A stretch of 64,000 bases of DNA from assembly GCA_026770705.1 (NCBI GenBank), contig JANJGN010000006.1:70742001-70806000 (forward strand), written 5' to 3'. The notes below the pieces were generated by a model that saw nothing but the letters and a program-made list of their open reading frames with translations, was not told the origin of the DNA and searched no databases. Each line of letters starts with the position of its first letter. Position 1 is the stretch's first letter. Positions 1 through 12,309 of this stretch are shown here, piece after piece. The stretch comes from Isurus oxyrinchus (Eukaryota). The position numbers and the translations under genes were made by a program.

Positions 1-289
1 AATTTTTTTTCTATTTTTAATATTTTTTACTGTAGAGACAATCTACCTGAGGCAGCACTTAGCCTCAGGGTGATGGGTGCATTCTTTCATGCGCATGTGC
101 GAAAGAGTGCACTCTCAGGTTTAGGAAATCCCCCCCCGCCGCCTGCACAGGGAGCGCATAGCGCTTCCTGGCAGACGTCACGCTGTGCGGGCCTTAATGT
201 AAAATGGCGGTGTGCCCCGATCGGAGGCCTGCCTCCACGCGCCTGCACTTCAACTTTGGCCCCAACACGGGGGGGTAACAATCCTGCCC
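1..289. mobile_element. Right part of a Harbinger-type MITE
   Basis: Ends ...aatcctgccc. Shares internal blocks (taaaatggcgg, ctacctgaggcagc) with the copies at 17454 and 18669. Confidence 0.7.
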
Positions 290-1104
290 AATGAGTCCAC
301 TAAAACCTTCAGAGATTTTTTAAACTTAAATTAAAATATTTATTAACAAAAGCAAAAATTTCAAGTGCTTACATAAGATTACAATTACTTATTATAACAA
401 ATCCTAAAATTCCTAATTAACCTGACTCTAAATTACAAACCCTATTTAAGGCATCAGTCCAAAATAGATTTTAAATGTAAAAAAAACAAGCCAGCAAGTT
501 ACCATGGTACCCACTTGACAGTGGAATTCCAAAAGCTTGTCTCCAACTTTAGTTACTGGATGCAACAGACTTATGCACAAATGGCTGGAGACTTCCAGAA
601 GGCTAATTCACACACTTCTGTTAGATCTTACATGCCCTCCCCCAACATAGCCTTTCGTTCTCCTTTATATATGTTTCTCTCTTTTTAACATGTAAATTCC
701 ATTGTTCCATATGTCTTTGGAGCTTTTCCTTTCCCATAATAGAAAAATCTTTCATGTTGCCAATATTGTCAGTAATCTTTGGGGAAAAATAAACACACTG
801 CTTAGCCTTTCTTATCTAGCTAGTTGTAAACATGCTAACATCCCTTTGAAATCCAAACAACTTTCACTTGTCTAAAAATGCAAATTCCCTTCACACCTTA
901 CATGCTATGACAGCATCTATGTTTACTCATTAGCATTTCAAGTACATTTCCACACCTAGCTTCTTTTGATAATTTCAAGCTCGCAGTCTACCTGACTCCA
1001 AATGTAATTAAATCACACAGACAGAACCATTTACACTCACACCCATAAACCTCCTTTACAATAAACCAGAATAATATTATGATAATTATCATACTTTTGT
1101 AACA
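290..1104. mobile_element. LTR-like element (partial; same family as 37621-38502)
   Basis: Shares cagtaatctttggggaaaaataaacac and other blocks with 37621-38502. Ends in tgtaaca. Confidence 0.65.
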
Positions 1105-2104
1105 AACTACACTTGGCTCGTGTCTTTAATTCTGTGCAAATAGCTTTGTTGGGTCCTTCCTTTTTGTCCCCTATAACCAGGTGTTCTTCCTGTGTTGTCG
1201 TATCCTGATCTTGTTATCTTTCTGTCAAAGCTCACATTAACTGTCAACTGTGATCATAACCCATAGTCACAAGCCCTGAGCCGTAGTCACGACCCAAACA
1301 AACAACTCATCCATACACATGGTTCTAATTAACTCAAGCCATGCAGGTAGCGCTCACACATCTACAATTAACCCTTCATCTACCAGGAACTGATACAAAA
1401 TACAAACACGTGTGAAAAGGAATTCATAATCCAAAGTACAAAAAGGTTCACATTTCCTACACCCATAGCTACTTGGCATTCCTAAATGAAGCATCCACAG
1501 CCGGTTTCAAGCAGGTTTCAACTCTCAAGCCTTCCACTTAAATATACAATAGTTCATTTGAGGAAACATTTTAAAAACTGGGTCAATGAATTTAAATGCT
1601 TGGTATTCTGTGTTTAACTGTTAACTAATAATTCTGTTCTACCAAAACAGTTAATTGTTGCAGACTCTATGGTTAATTATTACTGGTTATGTGCTTGTAG
1701 TTTATTGTTAGGAGATGGCTCGGTTAGTTTTAGTTACTTTACACTGCAGCCCAATCCTGGAAGAACGAACTAGCTGAGTGATTTTCCAATATTTTCTAAT
1801 CTTCCTGTACATCAACTGGACTTGATGCACATGATATTTGGAGTAGTGACACATTCATGCTTTCTTGATTTCACAATGTCACAGTTGAAGATAATATAAA
1901 AAGATGGTGTTTGACACATCACAATATTATCACCAAAACACATGGCTGAGGTACATTTACTATTCCCAATAAGCCTGGCAATAGCCAGGACGATCCAATG
2001 TAAAAAGGTCTTCCTTGGTGCTGGACTAACAGGTAAATGGTACAATAATTAACCTACCAAATGTCAATTACTTGGCCACCTTTCAAAACAACACTTTTGA
2101 CATG

Positions 2105-3195
2105 TCTTTCTTTCTCCTTAACTGAGAGTCCCTTCCCACTGTGGTTGACATGGCCCTAACTGTGTCCGACCAGTCTCCTGCACCTCTGTCTTCACAACCT
2201 TCCCCTCACTCCCAGACCATGCTAGGGTCCCCCTCGTCCTCACTTTATATCCCACAACTTCCGCATTCAAAGGATCACCTCTTCCATTTCCGCCATCTCC
2301 AGCATAATGCCAACACCAAACCCATCTTTCCCTCAACCCCCCATCAACATTTTGCAGGGACCTTTCCCTCTGTGACACCCTAGTCCACTCCTCCATCACC
2401 TCCAACTCCTCATCCCCTTCCCATAGCACCTTCCCATGCAATTGCAGAAGGTGCAACACCTGCCCTTTACCTCCTCCCTCCTCACCATCCAAGGCCCAAA
2501 CACTCCTTTCAGGTGAAGCAGTACTTCACTTGCACCTCCTTCAATTTGGTCTACTGTATTCACTGCTCACAATGTGGTTTACCTAACACTGGGGAGACTA
2601 AATGCAGACTGGGTGGCCGCTTTGCGGAACACCTTTGTTCAGTCCACAGGCATGACCCAGACCTCCCTGTCGTTTGCCATTTCAGTGCACCATCTTGCTC
2701 TCATGCCCACATGTCCATCCTTAGCATGCTACATTGTCTCAGTGGAGCCCAACGCAAACTAGAGGAACAACTCCTCGTCTTCCAACTAGGTACTTTACAG
2801 CCTTTTTCTCCAACCCCTCCCTCCCAAAGCCATCTGTCATTTGTTTCTATGTTGTGCTTTCAGAGTGCTGACCCTTGTTCAGCTATTAACACATTCTGCT
2901 ATCTTACCTTTATGTCACTATCAACACATTCTTTTGTATTTAACACTACCATTAACACTCCCTTTGTCTTGTGTCCATGACATCTTTGTCAAACTCTCCA
3001 GAGTTCCCACTTATCCCTGACATTCTATTTTGCTCCACCAGCTTCACCCCCTCCTAAACAGTCTAATATCCATCACATTTCTATTTCTCTGTAGCTCTGA
3101 AGAAGTCATACACACTCAAAATGTTAACTCTGTTTTTCTCTCTCCACAGATGCTGCCAGACCTGCTGAGTTTTTCCAGCATTTTCTGTTTTTATG
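2105..3195 (+). mobile_element. Penelope-like element (Neptune-type), 3' part, decayed
   Basis: GIY-YIG remnant NLVYCIHCSQCGLPNTGETKCRLGGRFAEHLCSV, preceded by a Cys-rich linker. 3' end cagatgctgccagacctgctgag. Decayed hammerhead core CTGAAGA at 3097-3103. Confidence 0.85.
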
Positions 3196-3499
3196 TCAAT
3201 GACTTAACCATTTCCTTTACCCCCTATTGTAGGTACATGTTCTTTCTGTCTGCAAAGAACAGGGCCCCCTGTATCAATATATCTGGCTTCCAGTACACAC
3301 AAATGTGCCACATTGCAAGCCCAACTGACTATCTTAAGTTGTTGTCAGCATAATTCTTAGCCCATTGAGGATTATTCAGCAACTGTTGTCCAGTCATGGA
3401 CACTTGTGATTTGTGTGTTCAAATTCCAGGGTAATCTGAGGTAGACTGAGCATTTTTCAGGGCCAGAAGTTTTGGCCTTGGGCCTGTTCATGATATACA

Positions 3500-4120
3500 G
3501 CGTGAAATGATCTGATCAAGGTAGCCATTACCCTGCAGGAAGACTTCGATGTGCTCTATTTCAGCATCAAGCTAGTATGGTGAGCAAATGGTGATTACCC
3601 TTAAAAGGGCGAGGTATCACAAAAATTGTGAGCAACAGTTGAAGCTAGCTGTTTCACGCAACTACTATGCAGTAGCAACACAAGAGGTGTTCGCCACTAA
3701 CAGGATGTTACCGTCAAGCCAAAAAGACGTTCTGCCGATCACACAAATGAGTAATGTGGTGCATGAATTTCAGTGCCAGTGTGATGCTAGGTACCAAAAA
3801 CTGGTGGATTGTATCAAACAGCAAGTCCCAGCCGCTGTTCGCAAAATAAATGACAGCCATTTGCTGACTCATTTCTCAGGACAAAGCCTTGGCCAATCAG
3901 GGTCAAGCTGCCTGGCTTAATTTTAAAACAATGCCTGGCAGTTAACAGTCAGTCAACATCAGTGCTGCATTCTCCATAGCAATGCCACTTGCCAACCAAT
4001 CAGCACTCTCTTCACATACAGTACAAATGGTTGTTTTCCTCCTTACATTGGTATTCTTGCGAGTGTCCTGATTGAGTGCAAGACTAAAAGCTGAGACATA
4101 TCTTTTTTCTCAGCAATACG
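3500..4120 (+). mobile_element. Penelope-like element, second family, internally deleted
   Basis: ORF 3588..3920 has KDVLP..SNVVHEFQCQCDARY, a GIY-YIG N-terminal motif. Hammerhead-like motif at 4064-4098. Confidence 0.7.
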
Positions 4121-6269
4121 TTTGAATTGATTGAACTCAAATTTCACCATCTGCTGAGTTTTACCCTCGGTCTCTGACCTGAACTGGTCTAGTGACAATA
4201 TCACTACGCCACTGCCTCTCAGTTAAGCTATTTGGGTAGGTTTTCAATTTCAAGGATTACTTAAATACAAGTCTGCCATCCCGGGTGAACAGCAGAGATA
4301 GCAAAAATATTTTTGATTCTGGCCAAAGATTCTCAAATGGTAATACTATAAAGAGCTTTTTTTCTCTCCAACATAGTCGGTTAGTGTATTGTTGGTGTGA
4401 AATTGAGCATAACTCAGAACCTTCCGTGTCTATCACCCTGTGCTGGATCAGCTGATTTCAGTTAACCCAGCAGTAGAACTCTACAGCGGACACTCTGTGG
4501 CCCAAGTTAAAGGGTGTCCTTCCTACCTCTCATTTCTGAAGTAATCGCACTATTGTTCCCCCTTCATTTTCATTTATTGAAGATTATGTTCATAGTATGG
4601 CAAATGCCTTAGATACCTTTTCCAATTCCTGGAAGATGGAACAAAATCAAAAATAGCTGGAAAAACCCAGCAGGTCTGACAGCATCTGTGGAGAGGAAGA
4701 CTCTTTCAGATTTCCAGCATCCACAGTATTTTGCTTTTATCCTGGAAGATGGAGTTGTCTGATTTTGAGTCATTTCAGAAACACTTTCACTCTAAAGGCA
4801 GGACTTTACTTTTTTTTTTAATTACCTTCACGATTGTTATGTTGGTTATTGGGTTCCGATGCTCCTAGTAGAAGTCACATAATACCAGTGCAGACTTGAT
4901 TTATCAAAGAACCTGTTCCTGTGTTGTTATATTTCATCTTTGTTTATATAATTATTTTGTTTGCTTCTTGATGTATAAGGTTGCCTCAGGCTGCAGAAGT
5001 CTTCATTGTTGAACCCTACTCAACCTTTACCCTTCATTCACACAAATGCATTTTCCATTAGACAACATTGGGTAGCAAAGCAGTTGCAGGAACCCTGGCT
5101 GATTTCCCTGTCCGGAGGCACAAAGTTCAATTACAGGGATCCAAATGCTGCCAGGGTGACCTCGGCTAACTAGAAATAAAATCTGGAACATTCTGGTCTG
5201 TGAGGCCGATGTGCTCTGGGCATCAAGTAATATATGGTGGTTCATATCAGAAGGCAGTACTGTGCAGGATCAAGTAAATCATAGGACTTAACATAAATCT
5301 GGACTCCACACATTTTTTCCATGGTAAAGATTCTTTTGTCTTGATTCTCAGCTATCTTTTAACCCCTGCAAAGCACAGAGACACATTCCAGTGCCTGGGA
5401 AGCAAATAGAACTGGTCTCTGATGACACACGTTAAAATGCTCTGGAAAATTGCCCCATTCAGAGCAAGTGCTAAATACTTCTCAATCAGATCAACAGAAA
5501 CTCCTTGACCTGTTCACCTTACCAGGTCTGTATGGTTGATTACTGCAGCATAATAAATATTCAAGGCAAAGCACACATTAGGACAGTGAGCACATAGCTT
5601 ATTATCAAAACCTTATAAAATTTTAGCTAAATATGCTTAACTATATTTCTATTAAAGCTACTTTCAGAGAGGAGAGAAAGAATTCACCAACAGTACTAAA
5701 AGTGAAAGCCCAATGGGGAATAGATAAATAAAGGCTGAAAATCTGCAGCTGTTCTGACAGAGTGCAGCAGAATCCCTGGTGCAATCACCAGAAACTAGGC
5801 TAGTATCTGTATATTCTACACCCTGGCCTTCAACTGACAAATCTGTGATGTTTTGTTGCACTGCCTGCCCAGCTCAAGTCTGTAAGAAAGGGTGAGGACT
5901 CCCTACGTTACAAGTTCCAGGCCTTCTGCGAGACCCAGTTCAAGGTTGACAGAGCTATATTTGGTCAGTTAAGGTGTATCTTGCCAACAACAAGCAATGC
6001 AGCCCATCTGGGTGTCCACTTTGGGATTGAGGCTTGCATCTTTTAGAAAGAAATAGTGCTATCCTTTACAAAGGGGCTGGTGGTGGTTTCAGCAATTGGT
6101 TTTGAGGAGGGTGTGCAGGATGCATGCTCCCACTCCATTGGATTTCCAGGCTCCCTGGGTTCTGAAGACATTTGAAATGGTATCTGTCAATTCACAAAAT
6201 TTACATTATTTTTTGCTATTTTTTTCATTTGGCATGTTTTTGGCTGCAAAACTAAATTATATAGGAACT

Positions 6270-6830
6270 TACAGGTCCTGAAAAGGCCATGCAGTTTATC
6301 TGACTGGTCTCAGTGTCTGAGAAATATCATATCCTATTGTCAAGTCCTCCAGCAAACTTTTCGCTAGATACTATCTTGAAGTTACTGATAGTCGTCCCCT
6401 ACTGTCCATTCAATACTTCCAGTATTGTCTGGTTTTTCATTCTTCCTCTTCAAAGTTTAATGCTGTGTCCTCCAAGGGTTGAACTGGTGTTAAAACATAT
6501 CGAGGTTTCCTTGTCCAAAACCTTTTAGCATCTGGAGTATTGCTACAAGAACCTTCTCTTCAGAATAAACATCCCCAGCTTTGACAGCCTTCTTCTCACA
6601 ATTCTGGTGCCTAATGGATTTAGTTCCTCTTCAACGTTTGGAAGTCTTTTTCATAATATGGTGGCCAAAATTGTACACAACTTCAAAGAGTGCTGGGCCA
6701 ATGTTTTGTCTAAACTCAAGATCACTGAAGATTTATGATCTATTTCTTTATCTTTACATATGCTATACGCTCTCTTTACGAATGCCACTCATTATGTTGA
6801 TCCTTCTGTTATGTCCTGCAGACTAATACC
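6270..6830 (-). mobile_element. Old CR1 LINE 3' fragment
   Basis: Degenerate match to the 3' part of the other CR1 copies (ggccaaaattgtacacaacttc). Confidence 0.5.
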
Positions 6831-7796
6831 AGTTAATTTTATTGTTGATAAACTTTTCCCAATCTCATGACTTTAGAACTGTGCGCAGTAAATGATAGTG
6901 CCAACTTGTCCACTAAACTCCCTGTCAGTATTTGATCAGTCTGCTCTCATCTTTGATCAACGTGCAAATTTAGAAGGTTTTGTTTTGTCCCTACTTCTAG
7001 GTTCATTTAATGAAACTAAATGTCAATGCCCCCAGCTGAGATACCTGAAGGATGTTGATAGTCCCCTACTTCCATTCTGAAGCATCATGGCTGTAGCTGT
7101 TCAGGGCATCAGAAGAACTCTGCTCCCCTTCAAATATCGGCATGGAATCTTTAACATCTAATTGAACAGATAGATGGAACTTCAATTTAATGTTTCATTC
7201 ATGGTTGAGGCTCAATGCAAAATATTTGAGAATTAAATTAGATCTTTTAGTCCCTCTTTTATCATTCAATGCTTTTCCAACTAGAAATAAAACAATTTGA
7301 AACCTACAATGAAGCACAACATTGAATTTGGTGCTTCAAAGACTTTAGAAAAACAACCAATCATAATATTTACTTTTCTATCACTGTTATACCGCACTCC
7401 TGAGCTTAAAAAAATCACCATAATGTCAGTACTGGCTGATGTAGCTTCCCCATTATGTGCACCATTATATTGATGACTGGGCTTCAAATTTGTAAAGGAT
7501 GATGACACCTTGTGGAATTAAATAAAAACTACACAAACTTCCAGCATCACAGCAACCTGACGTTCATTGATACTGCAGTTACCTGTCCGATACTGAGCTG
7601 CAGTTTGGGTTCCAGCCAGCCTAAACCCTATTTGCTTAGCTTCAACTTGGTTGGAACTTTGAACTGTCTTGTTAGGAGAGAATCCTGCACATGACTGATT
7701 ACAGGAATGTGTAGAACTGTTTGTCAAGTGTTGGACAGCGGGAAGGAGGGAATTGCTGTTTCCAAAATGTTAAAGTTAGTCATATTGTTTTAAAAA

Positions 7797-8449
7797 GGGC
7801 TGGATTTTACGACTTGCTGGCAGGCAGGGGGCTCAAAATGTCATGGGGGCCATACCTGCTGCCTACCCATCTGCCCCTGCCTCACTGCAATTTTGCCAGT
7901 GGCAGAGGAGGTGTTGGTTGCATGCCTGCCAATTAATGTCCATTTAAGGGCCTCTGCCTGTGGGACTTGACAAATGGCAGGAGAGGACCATGCCAAGTGT
8001 CCAGCCTGTCAACTTTCATTGCATGGACTGGTGGCAGGCACACTCCCTCTAAAGGTCCACCCCACCTTCACAGTTCCCCTCATCTCCTGGCCTCTCTAGC
8101 CCCTGGCTCCTCAACCCACTTGCTGGGGCCTTCTAACCTGGCTTCAGCAATACTCCCTTCACCACTCACCTGTAACTTCAGCTTCATGCCTCCTCACCGC
8201 AGGGAACTCACTGTAGTCCCAGCAGTGGCCACTGGTGCTGCTAGGAACAGAGAGCTGCCGGCAATTTGATTGGGAGACAGTTCTTAGAGGTAGAATCCTG
8301 CCCAGATTGAGGCTGAAGTCCCACCTTAAAACAATTAATGGCCTAATGGCCATTGAATGTCTACAGAGCAACCAGTCAGATCAGGGGTGGCCTCATCCCT
8401 GCCTTATTCGCTGGGGTTGGAGACTCCGACAGCCCATTAAATCCAACCC
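7797..8449. mobile_element. Harbinger-type MITE
   Basis: Terminal inverted repeats GGGCTGGATTTTA / TTAAATCCAACCC, with aaa on both flanks (3-bp TSD-like). Confidence 0.75.
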
Positions 8450-8779
8450 AAAGTATCCAGTGGCGCGAACAGATTTGTGAAGTACTTTGCAAACCAGGTT
8501 TCACACCATACTGGTTTTACTTGGCCTATCATCAATTTGAAGCCTGTCCAAGAAGTTGTGCTTCAATGTACTCCAGAGTCAGGTGGAGGGACAAACTCGG
8601 GGTTTACATTACCAGTTTATTGTTAGTATGCAGCATACTGATGTTAAGCTGGCAGCATAATTGAATTCAAAAGACATGAAAAGTTGACTGGGAAAAAAAG
8701 CAAATATTCTCTCTCAATTGCCCAGTTGCAATCTGGTGCAATTGAAAAACTAATTTTGCGCAAGGATTATTAAGATGAT

Positions 8780-9241
8780 GAAAGTCCGCAGAATTAAGGG
8801 GGAATTGGTGGTATGTATACACAATTAGCTCAGTGACAGGAAGCAAAGAGTGGATGTTCTTCAGACTGGGCGATAGGAAACGCCATTGCAAACCAACATT
8901 CGGTGGGGTCCTCTGCAATTCTTTTGCATTTTTATAAATGAGTTGTAGGGAATAGTATCCTAAAGTTTGCAAATGATATGAAACTTGGCAAAGTAGATGG
9001 TCATTATTAGGATAACTAAAAGCTTCAGTACATCACAGACAGGGATGCTGAAATGGGTTAAAACATGGCAGTTGGCGTTCAATGCAGACGAACATTGAAA
9101 CGTGTCATCCTGAAGTCTATAACTGTCCTCATCAGGGTCTGCTAATTGGTCAGGTTATGTAACATCTACTTCCTACTCAAGTTTAGGCTGGTTATACATG
9201 TGATGCGATGCAATTTGGGAAGACAAATACGGAAAGACAAT
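8780..9241 (+). mobile_element. CR1 LINE RT fragment, left half of the host of Harbinger 1
   Basis: agtgacaggaagcaaagagtgg and aagtttgcaaatgatatgaaac (KFADD-like). The same element continues at 14282. Confidence 0.75.
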
Positions 9242-10507
9242 TGCCAAGATTTTCCACCCCGTTTGAGGGGGGCAAGTTTGATGGCGAGATTGGAGAATCT
9301 CGTGAGAAGGCCCTAGTCCCATTTCCCGACAATGTAAATCCAAGACTCAATTTTCCCTGTCCTGATCAAAGGCGGGCCACATTTCCCACCGTTGAGTGTT
9401 GAGAACATAATTGTAATAAATTAGCATCTAATTACTGTGGCCACACGCCAGAATCATCCCTTCACATCAAATTTTAATCCGACATTGGCATGATTTCATA
9501 ATGGCGTGATTTACAACTGCCTTTAAAAGGCGTGTACCCGGTGATCTTAATTTCGAGGATAACTCGGGACGTGAGTGCACACAGCTTCGTGCAATGCTCA
9601 CAATGATCCCAGCAGCTCTGCGGATTCGGGGGGGGGGGGGGAGTTGGGGGGTCACAGGCAAGTCTCCACAGTGGCTTCTTCGTGGCTGGCTTGTGGTACC
9701 AGGGCAAGGGCGACAGTGCAAAGGGAGAAGAGGAGAAGGCAACCCTGGGGCAAGAGCAACAGTCCGGGGGGTGGTGGGGGGCCATGGTAGCACTGACTGA
9801 AGTTTGAGCACAAACACATGCGGGTTTGGGGTTGGGGGGCACGGGGGGACGGGGGGACGGGGGTGGGGGGGTGTGGGGTTTGGAGAAAACAGCCGGGCTA
9901 ATGACGAAACATGTCAAAGATGAGCACTCCACTTCATCAGCTCAATGGACATGCTTGGAGTTAGCTTAGTCAAGCAATTATGCCCACTCAAGCAGTACTA
10001 ATTCCTCACCATGCTAATGATGATAATCTCACACACACTTCCACCTCGAATGAGTGCTATGGTGCTGCAGAACCATTGGACAACTGGGCAAACTTGAGGA
10101 TCCTCTAAGAAAAGGTGGCCATTGAACACTGTTGGAAGGGTGCACTCCTCATCCCTTGCATTATGTTTAAGTTGACATTGAAAAGTCACCCTCATGGTAC
10201 AAGCAAACCGCGAAGCCTTGGTGTCCAGGTTAGGGAAGTGCCTGTGCATGAGTTGAGAGTTCAGGATGCAGTTGAGTGGCTGAAGCTGTTGTCACTCAGT
10301 CATGTTGTGTGGGGGGTGTGGGCATAGTGAGCCATCATGTGCACTAAACATTGGGCAGCCATGTGGTGACCTGGAATCTCTGGCATGCTTAAAGAGGCCT
10401 TGAGAGGTAGCCACAGATGATGACTTGACAAAGGGTGGTCATTAGGAGGCAATTACTGACCATTGCTTCTCTCCCCTTGATACTGCAGTGAGGAGACCAT
10501 CAGGAAT

Positions 10508-11730
10508 ATGGAGCCTGGCGATCTTGCTATCTATCTGATTACTTATAGGCTGGAGAGAAGGAGAAGAATATGAGGGAGGTGCCTGGTTCGCCTAAGGGAG
10601 GAGCAGAATCCTGAAGACCAAGGAGTGGCACAGCCTCCTCTGCACGCAGAGGATGTACCCCACAGAGCCGTCACTTGCAGGCACATCACTAGACCCAGGG
10701 TCTACAGATATACATGTGCTACCTCCTAAGCGAGCGAGAACCAGTGTCACCGATGCCTGGGCATATCAGGAGAACTGGTCACGCACACATTCCACCTTAT
10801 GTAGGATTTGGCATCATGGGGACTCAGAAGGCATCAACTGCCATTGCAGTTAAAATTAAAATTAGCTCAATTACTACAGCAGTGGTTCCTTCCAGGGCTC
10901 CACTGGGGACTTTTGCCGATCTCGCAAGCTTCCACTGCAAACGTATCCAGGAGGTCACGGATGGCCCTTTTGTCAAAGTGCACCTTGTTTAACTTCGACA
11001 GGGATCAAGCAAGCCAGGAAACAAGACCGCTGTATTTAGCTCAGTTTTCCAGATTCCCACAGGTGCATGGTGCCATCGACTGCACCCACATGGCACTTAA
11101 ATCTCCCTGGCAACAAGCAGTCCAGTATGTGAACTGCAAAGACTTCCACTCTCTCAATGTCCAGCTGGTCTGCACCATAACAAATGGATCACGCAAATTT
11201 GTGTGAGATACCCCAGAAGTATCCACAACTTGTACACCCTCAGCAGTTCACAGATCTCTGATATCTTCGAGGGGCCACACAGGGTGCAGGGACAAGGGCT
11301 ACATGAAAAGGACGTGGACAATGACGCCCATGCAGCGGTCTCAGACTCCTGCTGAGAGAAGGTACAAGGAGGCTCATGCTGCAACCAGAGTTTGGTTGAG
11401 CACACCATAGGCATCCTGAAAATGAGGTTCTGGTGCCTGGACAGGTCTGGTGGAGCACTGCAGTACACTCCCCAGAGGGTGTCATGCATCATCGTGGCTT
11501 GCTGCATGCTACACAGCCTGGCGATGAAAAGAATGGGGCATCTGGATGATGAGGAGATGCAAGAACTGCATGTCTCCTCTCAGGAGGAAGTCGAAGGGGA
11601 TGAGGGTGATGAGGTCCTGGAAGAGGCGGATGCAGGTGATGAGGCCAGTGCACTGGCCAGATGAGGAGGTATAGTCGTCAGGCCCTCATTGCTGCAAGAT
11701 TCCAGGAGGATAATGACGAGATGCAATGAG
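10508..11730 (+). pseudogene. Harbinger DDE transposase (HARBI1-like), frameshifted
   Basis: Motifs SGSFQ, FPQVHGAIDCTH, VNCKDFHSLNVQLVC, DKGY and VEHTIGILKMRF..LDRSGGALQY..IIVACCMLH fall in different frames. Acidic tail. Confidence 0.9.
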
Positions 11731-12309
11731 GACATTCTTGAGATCTTCACATTGCATCTGGTAACATCTGATGCCTCTCTGGCTGAGGGCAGTGCATAAG
11801 CAGCCTATTAAGAGGCTCATATCATTGATTCGCTGCTGGGGTACAGCGAGCACATGGACTTTAAGACAACTTGATCCTTTGACAGGCTTCATCATCTGTT
11901 CCCTTCAGCACCACACCTTCAGCTGTCAGGAATGGTGTTGAGATGGTAGGGTCAGCCCTGCCTCTAAGGTGCTCAGAGCACACAGAGAACATCATAGAAC
12001 CCAATGACACTTGGGTACGAGATTCTTGCAACAAAAACAAGCCACATCGAGGTGCTGGCATCACTGATCTGAACAATGACTTTGAAGCCAGACAATCACT
12101 GTGCTCAGAAGGTTACACATTGCACAGGGGAGAGGTCCTGGACTGCGACACCTGCCTTGATTTGAGCAGGGAGCAAGGTTTCACATCTGATTGACACAAG
12201 CACTGCTCATCAGAACAAGGAGCCATAGATGAGGAGGCATTCTTGGGAGTATATTTACAACGGTCAACATTAAGTACAAGTAACTAATGCCCATGCCAAA
12301 GATGTGCAA

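Noticed and set aside
1740-2100. ORF 1812..2045 with weak integrase- or RT-like words (HLPVSP, FGDNIV)
   Set aside because: No second supporting motif at a sensible spacing; cannot be assigned.
5510-5890. Minus-strand splice-like signals (acceptor near 5880, donor near 5522) and ORF 5664..5861 as exons of a neighbouring gene such as FAM184A
   Set aside because: The translation resembles nothing I recognise and the signals do not pair into a convincing exon.
9091-9196. About 100-bp insert in CR1 with minus-strand CTGATGA and a short hairpin
   Set aside because: No GAAA after the hairpin and no stem I; at most a dead remnant.
10508-11730. Host gene HARBI1
   Set aside because: Multiple frameshifts and stops, paired with a Myb gene and inserted in a CR1. 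It is a transposon copy, not the domesticated gene.
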